Assembly: GCA_038999215.1 (NCBI GenBank)
Contig: JAWABM010000002.1
Location: 1-48,815, forward strand
Reading direction: 5' to 3'
Origin: Candidatus Aenigmatarchaeota archaeon
GTDB lineage: Archaea > Aenigmatarchaeota > Aenigmatarchaeia > Aenigmatarchaeales > JACQIB01
Length of the DNA stretch: 48,815 bases
Part shown: positions 33,533-42,819 of the stretch, piece after piece
How the letters are laid out: every line of letters begins with the position of its first letter
Position numbering within the stretch: position 1 is the stretch's first letter
Program-made: the position numbers and the translations under genes
The notes under the pieces: generated by a model
Seen by the model: only the letters and a program-made list of their open reading frames with translations
What the model was told of the DNA's origin: nothing
Database searches by the model: none

Positions 33533-34066
33533 ATGCCAAAAGCAGCAGTGTTGCTTTATGAGGGATTTGAGGAGATAGAGGGAGTGGCAGCCATAGACAT
33601 ATTGAGGCGGGCTGGCATAGAAGTCTCGCTCATCGGCGTGGGCGGGGTTATAGTGGCCGGCGCGCACGGTATGAAGATTCACACGGACATGCGCTTCCTT
33701 GACGCGAACTTCGACGGTTTCGATTGCCTTGTGCTTCCCGGAGGCCCTGGCCACGACGCGCTATTGAGGAACGATTCAGTGATAAAGCTCGTGCACAAGA
33801 TGAACAGGGAGGGGAAGATACTCGCCGCCATATGCATGGCGCCCAAGGTCCTGCTGAAGGCCGGGATACTGACGGACAAGAGGGCGACGATTTATCCGGG
33901 CTTCGAGAAGTTGTTGGACAGGCCGAGGGACAATCCTGTGGTCGTCGACGGTAACATAATAACCTCGCAGGGGCCTGGCACCGCGCTGGAATTCGGCCTA
34001 AAGATAGTGGAAGTAATGATGGGCGCCCCGAAGGCGGCCGAAGTGAGGAAACAGCTGGTCGCATAG
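33533..34066 (+). CDS. DJ-1/PfpI family protein
   Basis: KAAVLLYEGFEEIE start, the nucleophile-elbow context LAAICMAPKVL, VVVDGNIITSQGPGTALEF, and DCLVLPGG. Confidence 0.85.
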   Translation: MPKAAVLLYEGFEEIEGVAAIDILRRAGIEVSLIGVGGVIVAGAHGMKIHTDMRFLDANFDGFDCLVLPGGPGHDALLRNDSVIKLVHKMNREGKILAAICMAPKVLLKAGILTDKRATIYPGFEKLLDRPRDNPVVVDGNIITSQGPGTALEFGLKIVEVMMGAPKAAEVRKQLVA

Positions 34067-34076
34067 CGCTGATTGG

Positions 34077-34283
34077 ATGATCTCCGAAAACGAACGCGAA
34101 GTGTTAGAAATAGTCAGACAGAAGGGTCTGATGAAAAAGTCCGAGCTCGGCGAGAAAGCTTCTGTCGCCAAATCCCTTAAGGAGAAGGGCTACCTTGGAA
34201 AGGTGGTTTTCGGCGAGGAAGCATTCGTCCTCACTGGAGCGGGCAGCCGCGCTCTTTTTGCGGCGCAACAGAAATCTTCTTAA
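34077..34283 (+). CDS. small hypothetical protein, possible winged-helix fold
   Basis: 68 aa; NEREVLEIVRQKGLMKKSELGEKASVAKSLKEKGYL. Weak call. Confidence 0.4.
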   Translation: MISENEREVLEIVRQKGLMKKSELGEKASVAKSLKEKGYLGKVVFGEEAFVLTGAGSRALFAAQQKSS

Positions 34284-34310
34284 GGATAAAAGATAAAAGA
34301 ACAGAATCAT

Positions 34311-34386
34311 AGCCCCGTAGTCTAGCGGCCAAGGATAGCTGGCTCTGAACCAGCGGACCGAGGTTCGAATCCTCGCGGGGCTACCA
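34311..34386 (+). tRNA. tRNA-Gln (anticodon CUG), CCA encoded
   Basis: Cloverleaf folded by hand. Acceptor AGCCCCG/CGGGGCU with an A1-U72 pair. Anticodon stem GCUGG/CCAGC with loop CUCUGAA. T arm CGAGG-UUCGAAU-CCUCG. Discriminator A followed by CCA. Confidence 0.9.
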
Positions 34387-34470
34387 CTTTGCTCTGTGCA
34401 TCTTGACCGCGAAAAGCTCCTTTTCTCGCTGTAAAAACCTATAAATTCTTTGACCCCCATAATCTTACCC

Positions 34471-34809
34471 ATGCCAAAAATAGACAGCACTTATTTCGGT
34501 TCTGTTGTCGTCGACGGAAGGAAGTTTGACACCGACATGGTGGTCTGCTGGGACGGCGAGCTGAAGGAAAGGCAGAAGTCGCACGTCTTCGACAGGAGGG
34601 AGCTTGATGATCTGATGATGAAGGATCCGGACGTGATAATCGTCGGCACCGGCCAGTCCGGCCTGGTGAAGGTCGACCCTTCCGCTGAAGTGGCTGCCAA
34701 GGTCAGCGGGATTGAGCTGGTCGTTGCCAAGAGCCCCGTTGCCATAGCGGAGTTCAACAAAGTCGCTAGGAAGAGGAAGGCGATCGCTGTAATACACGTG
34801 ACTTGTTGA
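34471..34809 (+). CDS. Mth938-like domain protein (DUF498)
   Basis: From ATG 34471: MPKIDSTYFGSVVVDGRKFDTDMVVCWDG...DVIIVGTGQSGLVKV...GIELVVAKSPVAIAEFNKV fits the Mth938/NDUFAF3-like pattern. Confidence 0.7.
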   Translation: MPKIDSTYFGSVVVDGRKFDTDMVVCWDGELKERQKSHVFDRRELDDLMMKDPDVIIVGTGQSGLVKVDPSAEVAAKVSGIELVVAKSPVAIAEFNKVARKRKAIAVIHVTC

Positions 34810-34855
34810 CTCAGGAAAGGATAAGTCTATAAGCAGCTTGCGCCAAATTCTTTGC

Positions 34856-35686
34856 ATGGTTTGGATAAGGAAAGCCTCAGGCGACAGGGCCGAGTTTGAC
34901 CAGGAGAAGATAAGGTCGACCTGCCTAAAGGCTGGCGCCACCAAAAGGCTTGCGGACGAGGTCGCACGGGAAGTGTCGGAAAGGGTATACGACGGCATCT
35001 CGACGAAGAAAATCCTCAAGATGACTATCTCGCTCCTAGAGAGGAAGATGCCTGAGGTGGCCGCAAAATACGACCTCAAGGGAGCCATAATGAGGCTCGG
35101 TCCTGCGGGCTATGCTTTTGAGAGCCTTGTGGCGGAAATATTGCGTGAATATGGCTATAGCACAGTGGTGCATTCCATTGTTGAGGGCGGCTGCGTGGAA
35201 CACGAGATAGACGTCGTCGCCGAGAAGTCAGCCAAGCGCTCGATGATAGAGTGCAAGTACCACAACATGCCTGGAATATACACCGGCATAAAGGAGGCGC
35301 TCTACACCTATGCGAGGTTCCTTGATATCGGGGAGGGCGCGAAGATGGGAAGGTGCAGGCGGTTCGACGAAGTTTGGCTGGTATGTAACACCAAGTTCTC
35401 GCCTGATGTGCTCAGATATGCCGCATGCAAGAAGATGCGCCTCATAGGATGGTCCTGGCCAAAGGCCAATTCGCTTCAGGCGATGCTCGACGAGAAGAAG
35501 ATGTATCCGATAACCGTGCTGAGAACGCTGGACAGGGAGAGCCAGGCCAGGCTGTCAAAGGCCCGGCTCATGTTCTGCAAGGACCTGATTGAGAACGACA
35601 TCGGCGCCGTGATGAGCCTCACAGGGATACCTAAGGCTAAGCTCAACGAGCTGAGAAAAGAGGCCGAGGAAATAATCAGGGCGTGA
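34856..35686 (+). CDS. ATP-cone domain fused to a PD-(D/E)xK (Mrr-type restriction-endonuclease-like) domain
   Basis: The N-terminus MVWIRKASGDRAEFDQEKIRSTCLKAGATKRLADEVAREVSERVYDGISTKKI is an ATP cone. It is followed by FESLVAEILREYGYSTVV...VEHEIDVVAEKSAKRSMIECKYH, which gives the D...E-x-K nuclease-core signature. Its 3' end overlaps nrdG by 11 nt. Confidence 0.7.
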   Translation: MVWIRKASGDRAEFDQEKIRSTCLKAGATKRLADEVAREVSERVYDGISTKKILKMTISLLERKMPEVAAKYDLKGAIMRLGPAGYAFESLVAEILREYGYSTVVHSIVEGGCVEHEIDVVAEKSAKRSMIECKYHNMPGIYTGIKEALYTYARFLDIGEGAKMGRCRRFDEVWLVCNTKFSPDVLRYAACKKMRLIGWSWPKANSLQAMLDEKKMYPITVLRTLDRESQARLSKARLMFCKDLIENDIGAVMSLTGIPKAKLNELRKEAEEIIRA

Positions 35687-36392
35687 CTTTTTCCTCCCCG
35701 GCTTCGGCTGTTCTTATTTTTACGACAGGGTTGTCGAAAAGGTCTGCGAGCGCCACCATCTTTTCCCTGCTCGGGCCCCTCTTTTTCGCATAGGACTTGT
35801 CAAGCGTGCTGTTGTCCGGCCTGAATTGTTCGAGCACCACGGTCCTTGCGGCTCTGAGGCCTTTTGCAATCATATCGATATTCCTGTCGTTGATTCCTTC
35901 CACGAGAGGGATCCTGATTTCATAATCCGTTTTAGATGAGATGATAAGTTCAAGGCATTCCTTCACCTTTTCTACGAACGGTTCTGCCTTTGCAAATAAG
36001 TAGCCTTTCTTGTCCAGCGTGTTCTTCACGTCCATTGCGATGAAATCCACAAGGCCTTCTGATATGAGCTCTCTTATGGCTTCAGGCTTGCTGCCGTTGG
36101 TGTCCAATTTCACCGAAAGTCCCTTGTCCTTTGCGAGCCTGCAGAGCCTCCTGATGTCCTGCAATGTCGGCTCGCCTCCAGTTATGACCACGCCTTCTAT
36201 GAAGCTTCCGCTTTCCTCCACCTTTGCAAGTATGTCCTCCTCTCTCATTTCCTTGTAGTTTCCGCCTTCAACGAGCTTGAAATTGTGGCAGAATGGGCAG
36301 CGGAAGTTGCATCCGTAAAGAAAAACTACGGCCGCGGGCCTGCCGGGATAGTCCACGGTCGACAGCCCGATAATCCCCCCGACTTTCAGCAT
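35676..36392 (-). CDS. nrdG: anaerobic ribonucleoside-triphosphate reductase activating protein (radical SAM)
   Basis: DYPGRPAAVVFLYGCNFRCPFCHN (CxxxCxxC), VVITGGEPT; 238 aa. Located downstream of nrdD and the glutaredoxin-like gene. Confidence 0.85.
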   Translation of the reverse strand: MLKVGGIIGLSTVDYPGRPAAVVFLYGCNFRCPFCHNFKLVEGGNYKEMREEDILAKVEESGSFIEGVVITGGEPTLQDIRRLCRLAKDKGLSVKLDTNGSKPEAIRELISEGLVDFIAMDVKNTLDKKGYLFAKAEPFVEKVKECLELIISSKTDYEIRIPLVEGINDRNIDMIAKGLRAARTVVLEQFRPDNSTLDKSYAKKRGPSREKMVALADLFDNPVVKIRTAEAGEEKVTP

Positions 36393-36401
36393 GGCTTTCG
36401 C

Positions 36402-36779
36402 CTAAACTTTCATGTTCCTTATCTTTTCAATGAGCTGGTCCTTTTGAGGCAGCTCTCCCCTGTAGATTGTGCCATCCGCAAGCACAAGCGATGGAACCGA
36501 GGCTATGTTCAGGGTGAGCGCCTCTATGAAGAAATCCTTGCCGGCAAGGGCGCATGGCGCGGTCTGTGGGGTTATCTTTGAGGCGTCCTGCACGATATGA
36601 TAAGGTTTTCCTTCCAGCTCCATCACCTGTTCTGTTTTGATATTCTCGCCGTCTATGAGCTTCTCTATGAAGTCCCTGCCTTCCACCCAGCCAAGGGTCT
36701 TTGCAACCTCCCTTACCGTCTCTCTTGCCTTGGGGCACTTCGGGCAGGTTGTGGCCGTATATAGCACAAGATTCATCAT
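36402..36779 (-). CDS. glutaredoxin/thioredoxin-like small redox protein (NrdH-like context)
   Basis: Track ORF trimmed to ATG 36779 (MMNLVLYTATTCPKCPKARE), which overlaps the nrdD stop (ATGA). CPKC active-site motif and a VPSLV cis-Pro-type context; 125 aa. Confidence 0.7.
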   Translation of the reverse strand: MMNLVLYTATTCPKCPKARETVREVAKTLGWVEGRDFIEKLIDGENIKTEQVMELEGKPYHIVQDASKITPQTAPCALAGKDFFIEALTLNIASVPSLVLADGTIYRGELPQKDQLIEKIRNMKV

Positions 36780-39118
36780 ATCCTCTCCGGTATCTCGTAC
36801 CTTCTCCTGTCCTTCAGCTCCGCGAGCTTGCCCTTGTTCCACCCCTCGACATTTTGATAATATCCTGTTATTCTTGACCATATCTGCATGCGGTCGCTGT
36901 TGCACTTTGCGCAGGTCTTGTGCATGCCTCCCGTTGTGAAGCCGCAGCTGTCGCATATGCTGAGGTCCCTTGTGTATGCGAAGTATTGTATAGCAGTCTG
37001 CGTCGCTATCTTCTTGGTTAGCTTCATCAACGCCTCCGGCTCGGGATTCCTTTCGCCAAGCCAAGCGTGGCTCATTGCTCCCCCGTCAGTTAACGGATGG
37101 AATGCTCCTTCGAGCTGGAGCCTTTGGAAGAGCGAGACGTCTGCGCTCGGCCTAACCTGGAACGAGTTGGTATAGTAGATTGAGTTCGTGTTCTTGTCGC
37201 CCTGCACCACAGCCCTTTCTCCGAACCTCCTGTAATCTATTCTCGCGAGCCTGTGGGAGCACGATTCAGCCGGGGTCCTTGCGAGGGCAAAATTCATTCC
37301 TGTTTCCTCCCTGAGCTTCGCGACTTTGTCCTTTAGGTACTTCATCACTCTCAATCCGAACATCCAAGAGTCCCTGCTCTCGTGTATTTCCTTCCCCGTG
37401 TGCGCTTTCACCATCTCGTTCATCCCGACTATTCCTATGGTATAGCTCTGCTTCGACGGTTCAAGGTATCTGCTCCCTTTATCATCAACAATTTGCGCAA
37501 GGAACGGCAGCATGCCGCTCTTGAGGTTCTTTTCTATTATGCTCTTTCTCAGGAGCATTATCTCCTTTATTTTCGCTACCCTGTCGTCTATGATGTTGTA
37601 GATTTCGCTGTCTTCGCCGCGCGCAAGGTAGGCTATCTGCGGCAGATTGAGCGTCACGACCTGCAGGCTGCCGCCGCGCACGGTGCCGTTGTATATGTCA
37701 CTGTCCTCAGTCGACTTGTCGAGGGGCATGAGGAAGCTGCAGCACTGGTAGCACGAGAAGTCCGGCATGTAGGGCTGGTTTATTATGAAATAGGGCGTTC
37801 CGAACTTGGCCGCCAGCTCCGAGACCTTCATCATCTGTTCGTCATACTTGCCGTTAGCGAGGTCCGATGGATAGAGCTGCACTTCCATCTTCGGGAAGTT
37901 GAACGGCTTTCCTTTGTAGTCGCCCTTCAGATAGACGTCGGTGAAGGCGTCGAAGAGCATCTTTATCTCGTCCTCGTAATCCGCATAAGTCACTCCGTCC
38001 TCGACGATGCCGCCGAGCTGTATCGCCGGCACGTCCTTGAACAGCTTCGGAGTGTGCATGTCAAGGTCTATGCTCGAGAACACTGTCTGCCCGCCTCTTG
38101 CTATGTACATCTGGCTCATTTCGTAGATGAACATCTGCGCCATCTGCTTTACCCTGACGTAGTCCAACCCCTTGACGACAGGCGCCATGAACGTGTTGAA
38201 GTAGGAAAAGCCTTGCCCTCCCGAGCAGTTCACCTGGGCTGCTGCCAGCACCTTCGCCGCATGCAGGAACGCGACTTCTGCCTTCTTTGCCGGACCTGCG
38301 ATCGATGTGTGGTTCCCCGTGCCGTCCGGCTTGAATCCGTTCTTTAGGAAGAACCTTATGTCGTGCGAGAAGCAGAACGGCCTTGTCACGAAATAGTCCA
38401 GGTCGTGTATGTGTATCTGGCCCTCGAAGTGCGCTTCAGACAGCCTGTGATCCAGCACGTTTGCCAATGTGTAATCCTTCGAGACCTCGTCGGCCATGAG
38501 TTTGTGTATCGTCTCGGGGTTGTGCTGCAGGTTAGCGTTCTCCTTCGAGCCTTTGTCAATCATCATCGTTATGTCGTAGACCGGAAGCCCTATTCTGGTG
38601 TAGCGCATCCTTTCCTTTTCAAGGCCGTGCTCAAGCAGCTTGAAGCAGACTATCTCCCTTATTAGCTGGGAGGAGAGGTAGCTCAGATTCAGCCCTCTGA
38701 GGAACTTTTCCGTTTCAAAGGCTATCTTGTCTGCTATGTCCTGCGCCAGACCTGTCTCTTTGACTATTGATGCCGAGATTTTTTCTCTGCCGAACCTCTC
38801 GAAAACCTCCCCTGACGTTCTCACATACATTTCTCCTGCGCCAAATTTTCTTGCCGCAGTGGGGTCCCTTTTCTGCAGCAGTGCGAAAATCAGCGGCCTC
38901 ACGTCTGACATCTTCATCCTGTTGTCGACCAGCCTGTCGACATCTTCGGCGATATCTCTTGCGACCTTCTCGTTTGCTCCTGCCCACAGGCAGGCCTTGT
39001 AGGTCCTTTCCTTGTCATACCTTTCCGCGCGCGCGGCCCAGAAAAGTATGTTCCCCTTGTCCTTTGAGTAGAAATCATCAACTAATTTCGGGCTTATTGA
39101 AGATTCTTTACCAACCAT
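36776..39118 (-). CDS. nrdD: anaerobic (class III) ribonucleoside-triphosphate reductase
   Basis: 780 aa. ATP-cone-like N-terminus (MYVRTSGEVFERFGREKISASIVKETGL). C-terminal Zn site CDSCGFTTGGMHKTCAKCNS. Glycyl-radical context SRITGYYQNVEGWNKGKLAEL. Confidence 0.9.
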   Translation of the reverse strand: MVGKESSISPKLVDDFYSKDKGNILFWAARAERYDKERTYKACLWAGANEKVARDIAEDVDRLVDNRMKMSDVRPLIFALLQKRDPTAARKFGAGEMYVRTSGEVFERFGREKISASIVKETGLAQDIADKIAFETEKFLRGLNLSYLSSQLIREIVCFKLLEHGLEKERMRYTRIGLPVYDITMMIDKGSKENANLQHNPETIHKLMADEVSKDYTLANVLDHRLSEAHFEGQIHIHDLDYFVTRPFCFSHDIRFFLKNGFKPDGTGNHTSIAGPAKKAEVAFLHAAKVLAAAQVNCSGGQGFSYFNTFMAPVVKGLDYVRVKQMAQMFIYEMSQMYIARGGQTVFSSIDLDMHTPKLFKDVPAIQLGGIVEDGVTYADYEDEIKMLFDAFTDVYLKGDYKGKPFNFPKMEVQLYPSDLANGKYDEQMMKVSELAAKFGTPYFIINQPYMPDFSCYQCCSFLMPLDKSTEDSDIYNGTVRGGSLQVVTLNLPQIAYLARGEDSEIYNIIDDRVAKIKEIMLLRKSIIEKNLKSGMLPFLAQIVDDKGSRYLEPSKQSYTIGIVGMNEMVKAHTGKEIHESRDSWMFGLRVMKYLKDKVAKLREETGMNFALARTPAESCSHRLARIDYRRFGERAVVQGDKNTNSIYYTNSFQVRPSADVSLFQRLQLEGAFHPLTDGGAMSHAWLGERNPEPEALMKLTKKIATQTAIQYFAYTRDLSICDSCGFTTGGMHKTCAKCNSDRMQIWSRITGYYQNVEGWNKGKLAELKDRRRYEIPERI

Positions 39119-39269
39119 TAATGCTCACCTCTGTTTCACGGGACTGAACGTCACTAAGCTTGTGGTGCAAATAACTTGTGAAGCATATTTCAATTGCTTG
39201 GCGCTATTTAAAGCGATTTGTTTGCTCGAGAATATGCTTCGGAAAACTTTGTAACAGTTACAGAGTGAT

Positions 39270-39779
39270 TCAATATGTTATGCCGCGCTTGGTTATGAAC
39301 CTTTTCGGAGACTTGATCGCCTTCAGTTCTGTCGCCGAATCCGCGCGCCTGATGAATGATTTTGGTGCGGACCTGCCTGTCAGCACTACGTCAGTCTTTC
39401 CAGACCTGTCTAGGAGCCTGATTACGTCCTTTTCTTCGAGCAGGCCTATCCTTGCAGCCAGATTTACCTCGTCCAGGACCATGAGATCGGGCCCGCGCTT
39501 GAGCGCCTGCATTGCGAACTTGAGCCCGGCCTGCGCAGCAGATGCGTCCTTTGCGTCAGGTTTCTTGAGGTTCACCCATCCTTTGCGGCCGAACTGGTGT
39601 ATCTCGAAATTCCTTCCGAGCCTGCTTCTCACCTTGTACTCTCCGATGTCTTTTCGGCCTTTCATGAACTGGATTATTATGACCTTCTTTCCCTGTCCGA
39701 CCGCCCTGAGTGCCAGGCCGAAAGCTGCGGTCGTCTTCCCGATGCCGTTGCCTGTGTACAAGAAGATTTTTCCCACCAA
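39270..39779 (-). CDS. cobA: ATP:cob(I)alamin adenosyltransferase, CobA/BtuR type
   Basis: IFLYTGNGIGKTTAAFGLALRAVGQGKKVIIIQFMKG P-loop, then LMVLDEVNLA and VVLTGRSAP. Uses a non-ATG start (TTG 39779 or GTG 39776), 1-4 nt after the nrdJ stop. Confidence 0.8.
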   Translation of the reverse strand: MVGKIFLYTGNGIGKTTAAFGLALRAVGQGKKVIIIQFMKGRKDIGEYKVRSRLGRNFEIHQFGRKGWVNLKKPDAKDASAAQAGLKFAMQALKRGPDLMVLDEVNLAARIGLLEEKDVIRLLDRSGKTDVVLTGRSAPKSFIRRADSATELKAIKSPKRFITKRGITY

Positions 39780-39780
39780 A

Positions 39781-41868
39781 TCACCCCGGAACCGGGCAGG
39801 TCTTTGTCGGGCAGCCTCCTGCGAATTCCGCTTCGGCCGTGACGAACGTATCGCCCACGTAAAGCACCTGCTCCGATTTGCTGCCGTATCTGTATACCGT
39901 GATGCCCTTGCATTTCAGCTTTCTGGCAAGATTGTAAACCTTTTTGACATCGTCCGGCGTGGCGTCCTGAGGAAGGTTTACCGTCTTGCTTACGGCGTTG
40001 TCCGTATATTTCTGGAACGCCGCCTGCATCCTGACGTGCCATTCCGGCGGTATGTCGAGCGCGGTCACGAATATCCTTTTGATATCTTCAGGCACGCCCT
40101 TCACTTTCTGCAGGGAGCCGCTTTTTGCTATCTGCGCCAGAATCTCGGCGCTGTAGAAGCCCCTCTTCTTTGAGGCCGCTTCGAAGGCCGGATTGACCTC
40201 GAAGAGCGTCCTGCCCCCCAGTATGTGCTTCCTTATGAAAGATATGGCAAAAATCGGTTCTATCCCGCTGCTGCAGCCCGCTATTATGCTTATCGAGCCG
40301 GTGGGCGCGATTGTCGTCACTGTAGCGTTCCTCATGGCCTTGTAGCTGCCAGCGAGCGTGCTTCTGGCGAAGTTCGGGAACGAGCCCCTCCTTTTCCCTA
40401 TCTCCTCTGACGCCTTGCGCGCCTCGTCCGTTATGAACCTCATGAGCTTCTCCCCCATGGTCACTGCGCGCTCGGAGTTGTAGGGGATGCCAAGAGTTAT
40501 GAGCATGTCGGCGAATCCCATCACGCCGAGCCCTATCTTCCTGTTCGCCTTGGTGACGGCCTCTATCTCCTTCATCGGAAATCTGTTGGAGTCTATGACG
40601 TTGTCTAGGAAGTGCACGGCGGTCCTGACGGTCTTCCTTATTTTTTCCCAGTCCACATCGCCGTTCTTTACCATTTTCGAAAGGTTTATGCTGCCCAGAT
40701 TGCAGCTCTCATACGGCAGCAACGGTTGCTCGCCGCATGGATTGGTGGCTTCTATCCTGCCGGCCTGCGGCGTGGGGTTATGCCTGTTCACCTCGTCTAT
40801 GAATATCACCCCCGGGTCCCCGCTCGACCAAGCGTTTTCGATAATGCTGTTCCATACGCTTTCCGCGCTCGCCTTGCCCACGACCTTTCTCGTCCTCGGG
40901 CTCATGAGGACGTAGTCCTTCCTGAAGTCTAGCGCGTTCAGGAATTCGTCCGTCACAGATACGGACAGGTTGAAATTTGAAAGGGCTTTGCCTTCGGATT
41001 TTGCGGTTATGAATTCCATTATGTCGGGGTGGTGCACGCTCAGTATGCCCATCATGGCGCCGCGCCTCCTTCCCCCCGCCTTTATGGCGTCAGTGGCCGC
41101 GTCAAAGACCTTCATGAAGGATACTGGCCCGGAGGCGACCCCTGCGGTTGACTTGACAACGTCCCCTTTCGGCCTCAGCCTTGAGAATGAGAATCCCACC
41201 CCTCCGCCGGACTGCTCTATGAGCGCAGTATGCTTTACCGCGTTGAATATGCTCTCGAGGGAGTCCTCAACAGGAAGCACGAAGCATGCCGCAAGCTGAC
41301 CCAACGGCGCATTGGCATTGAAAAGCGTCGGGGAGTTAGGAAGGAACTCCAGTCTGCTCATCACCCCGAAGAACTCCTTCTCGGCCGCTTCCGGAGACAC
41401 GCCGTATATCTTGTCCGCGGAAGCTACAGCTTTGGCCACTCTTTCGAACATCTGTACGGGAGTCTCGATTATCTTGCCCTTCTCGTTCTTTAGGAGATAC
41501 CGGTTCTTCAGCACTTCCATGGCGTTGACGCTCAGCTTCATTTCGGGCTCAAGACCGAGCCTTTTACCCAGTTCTCTTATTTCTGTCTTGGCCTTTCTGT
41601 AGCTGGAATATTCCTCTGCCACGTTCTTCAGGCCGTTTTGGTTTAGCACTTCGATGACGGCGTCCTGGGCATCCTCGACCGTAGGTATGGCCTTCTCGAA
41701 CCTCTTTCCGAGCAGCTTCACAGCCAGGATGGAGAGCTTTTTCGCGTGCTTGCCATCCTTCTCGCCTGTCGCGAGCAGTGCCCTATGTATGGCATGCGTT
41801 ATCTTGTCTTGGTCAAACGGCACTATCTTGCCGTCTCTTTTCTTTATTTTTGAAATCATTCCAATCAC
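39781..41868 (-). CDS. nrdJ: adenosylcobalamin-dependent (class II) ribonucleotide reductase
   Basis: N-terminal ATP cone (ISKIKKRDGKIVPFDQDKITHAIHRAL), active-site contexts LAACFVLP and ATNPCGEQPLLPYESCNLGSINL, and a C-terminal Cys pair (GGCPTKTCPVPG); 695 aa with no intein. Confidence 0.85.
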   Translation of the reverse strand: MIGMISKIKKRDGKIVPFDQDKITHAIHRALLATGEKDGKHAKKLSILAVKLLGKRFEKAIPTVEDAQDAVIEVLNQNGLKNVAEEYSSYRKAKTEIRELGKRLGLEPEMKLSVNAMEVLKNRYLLKNEKGKIIETPVQMFERVAKAVASADKIYGVSPEAAEKEFFGVMSRLEFLPNSPTLFNANAPLGQLAACFVLPVEDSLESIFNAVKHTALIEQSGGGVGFSFSRLRPKGDVVKSTAGVASGPVSFMKVFDAATDAIKAGGRRRGAMMGILSVHHPDIMEFITAKSEGKALSNFNLSVSVTDEFLNALDFRKDYVLMSPRTRKVVGKASAESVWNSIIENAWSSGDPGVIFIDEVNRHNPTPQAGRIEATNPCGEQPLLPYESCNLGSINLSKMVKNGDVDWEKIRKTVRTAVHFLDNVIDSNRFPMKEIEAVTKANRKIGLGVMGFADMLITLGIPYNSERAVTMGEKLMRFITDEARKASEEIGKRRGSFPNFARSTLAGSYKAMRNATVTTIAPTGSISIIAGCSSGIEPIFAISFIRKHILGGRTLFEVNPAFEAASKKRGFYSAEILAQIAKSGSLQKVKGVPEDIKRIFVTALDIPPEWHVRMQAAFQKYTDNAVSKTVNLPQDATPDDVKKVYNLARKLKCKGITVYRYGSKSEQVLYVGDTFVTAEAEFAGGCPTKTCPVPG

Positions 41869-41915
41869 TTATTTTAAATATGTGCCCCCCATATAAAATA
41901 TCAAGCGGTGTTACC

Positions 41916-42818
41916 ATGACTAGCATCTACGATTGCATAATCATAGGCGGCGGGCCTGCGGGCCTGGGCGCCGCGCTCTACGCAAGCAGGCTCAGGATGA
42001 GCACATTGCTCTTCACCAACCTCGAGCAGCCGGCGCAAGTGTCTTGGGCTATGGATGTGGAGGACTATCTCGGCATAGAGAGCATGCGCGGCGCAAAGCT
42101 ACTTGAGATTATGAAGAAGCACGCCTTAAAATTCGGTGCTGAGCTCAAGGAAGAGAAGGTGGTCGAGATAAGGGACCTAGGCAAGGTTAAGGCCGTGATG
42201 ACTGAGAAAGCCAGCTATCAGGCGAGGACGGTGATAATTGCTACCGGGTCCGTGCACAGGCATGCCGGAATAAAGGGCGAGGAAGAGTTCGCTGGGAAGG
42301 GAGTGAGCTATTGCGCTGTTTGCGACGGGTGGTTCTTCAAGGGCAGGAAGGTCGTGGTCGTCGGAGGCGGGGATTCCGCGACGATGTATGCCCTGTATCT
42401 GAGGGAGCTTAACTGCGATGTCACGCTTGTTCACAGAAGGAAGGAGCTCAGGGCGGTGCCAATTCACGTTGAGAACATAAAGAAGGCCGGGGTGAAGCTC
42501 GCCCTTGGCCATGAGATAAAGGAGATAAAGGGTGACAAGGCGGTAAATGAGGTGGTGCTTGACGACGGCACAAGAATCGAGACCGCAGCGGTCTTCATAG
42601 CTGTCGGCGAGGTGCCGTCAGCCACGCTGCTGGGCAAGGCCGGGATACAGGCTGATGAAAATGGCTATGCCATAGTTGATGCCGTCCAGGCCACGAACAA
42701 GAAAGGAATTTTTGCTGCAGGCAACATAACCATAAACACGCCGAAGAGGATAATAACTGCTGTTGCAGAGGGCTGCAAAGCTGCCTTTGGCGCCTACAAT
42801 TACCTGAAGGGCGAATGA
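41916..42818 (+). CDS. trxB: thioredoxin-disulfide reductase
   Basis: Start trimmed to ATG 41916 (MTSIYDCIIIGGGPAGLGAALYA). Redox motif YCAVCDG, second dinucleotide fold VVVVGGGDSA, and FAAGN near the C-terminus. Confidence 0.9.
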   Translation: MTSIYDCIIIGGGPAGLGAALYASRLRMSTLLFTNLEQPAQVSWAMDVEDYLGIESMRGAKLLEIMKKHALKFGAELKEEKVVEIRDLGKVKAVMTEKASYQARTVIIATGSVHRHAGIKGEEEFAGKGVSYCAVCDGWFFKGRKVVVVGGGDSATMYALYLRELNCDVTLVHRRKELRAVPIHVENIKKAGVKLALGHEIKEIKGDKAVNEVVLDDGTRIETAAVFIAVGEVPSATLLGKAGIQADENGYAIVDAVQATNKKGIFAAGNITINTPKRIITAVAEGCKAAFGAYNYLKGE

Positions 42819-42819
42819 G

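Noticed and set aside
34311-34386. tRNA-Gln as an integration site for a mobile element.
   Set aside because: There is no integrase, transposase or direct repeat of the tRNA 3' half in the flanks I inspected by eye. The idea is kept only as a weak possibility under the low-GC islet finding.
34104-34490. 128-aa minus-strand ORF.
   Set aside because: It runs antisense through the tRNA-Gln gene and the small ORF at 34077. A tRNA cloverleaf explains the region.
39178-40173. 331-aa plus-strand ORF spanning cobA and the 3' end of nrdJ. Similar long antisense ORFs occur at 37382..38347, 6455..7420, 44739..45674, 16499..17074, 22772..23392 and 13926..14534.
   Set aside because: These lie opposite confidently identified genes. 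Their products are low-complexity and rich in R/L/S/P/H with no recognisable motifs, which is the typical shadow-ORF pattern in moderately GC-rich coding DNA.
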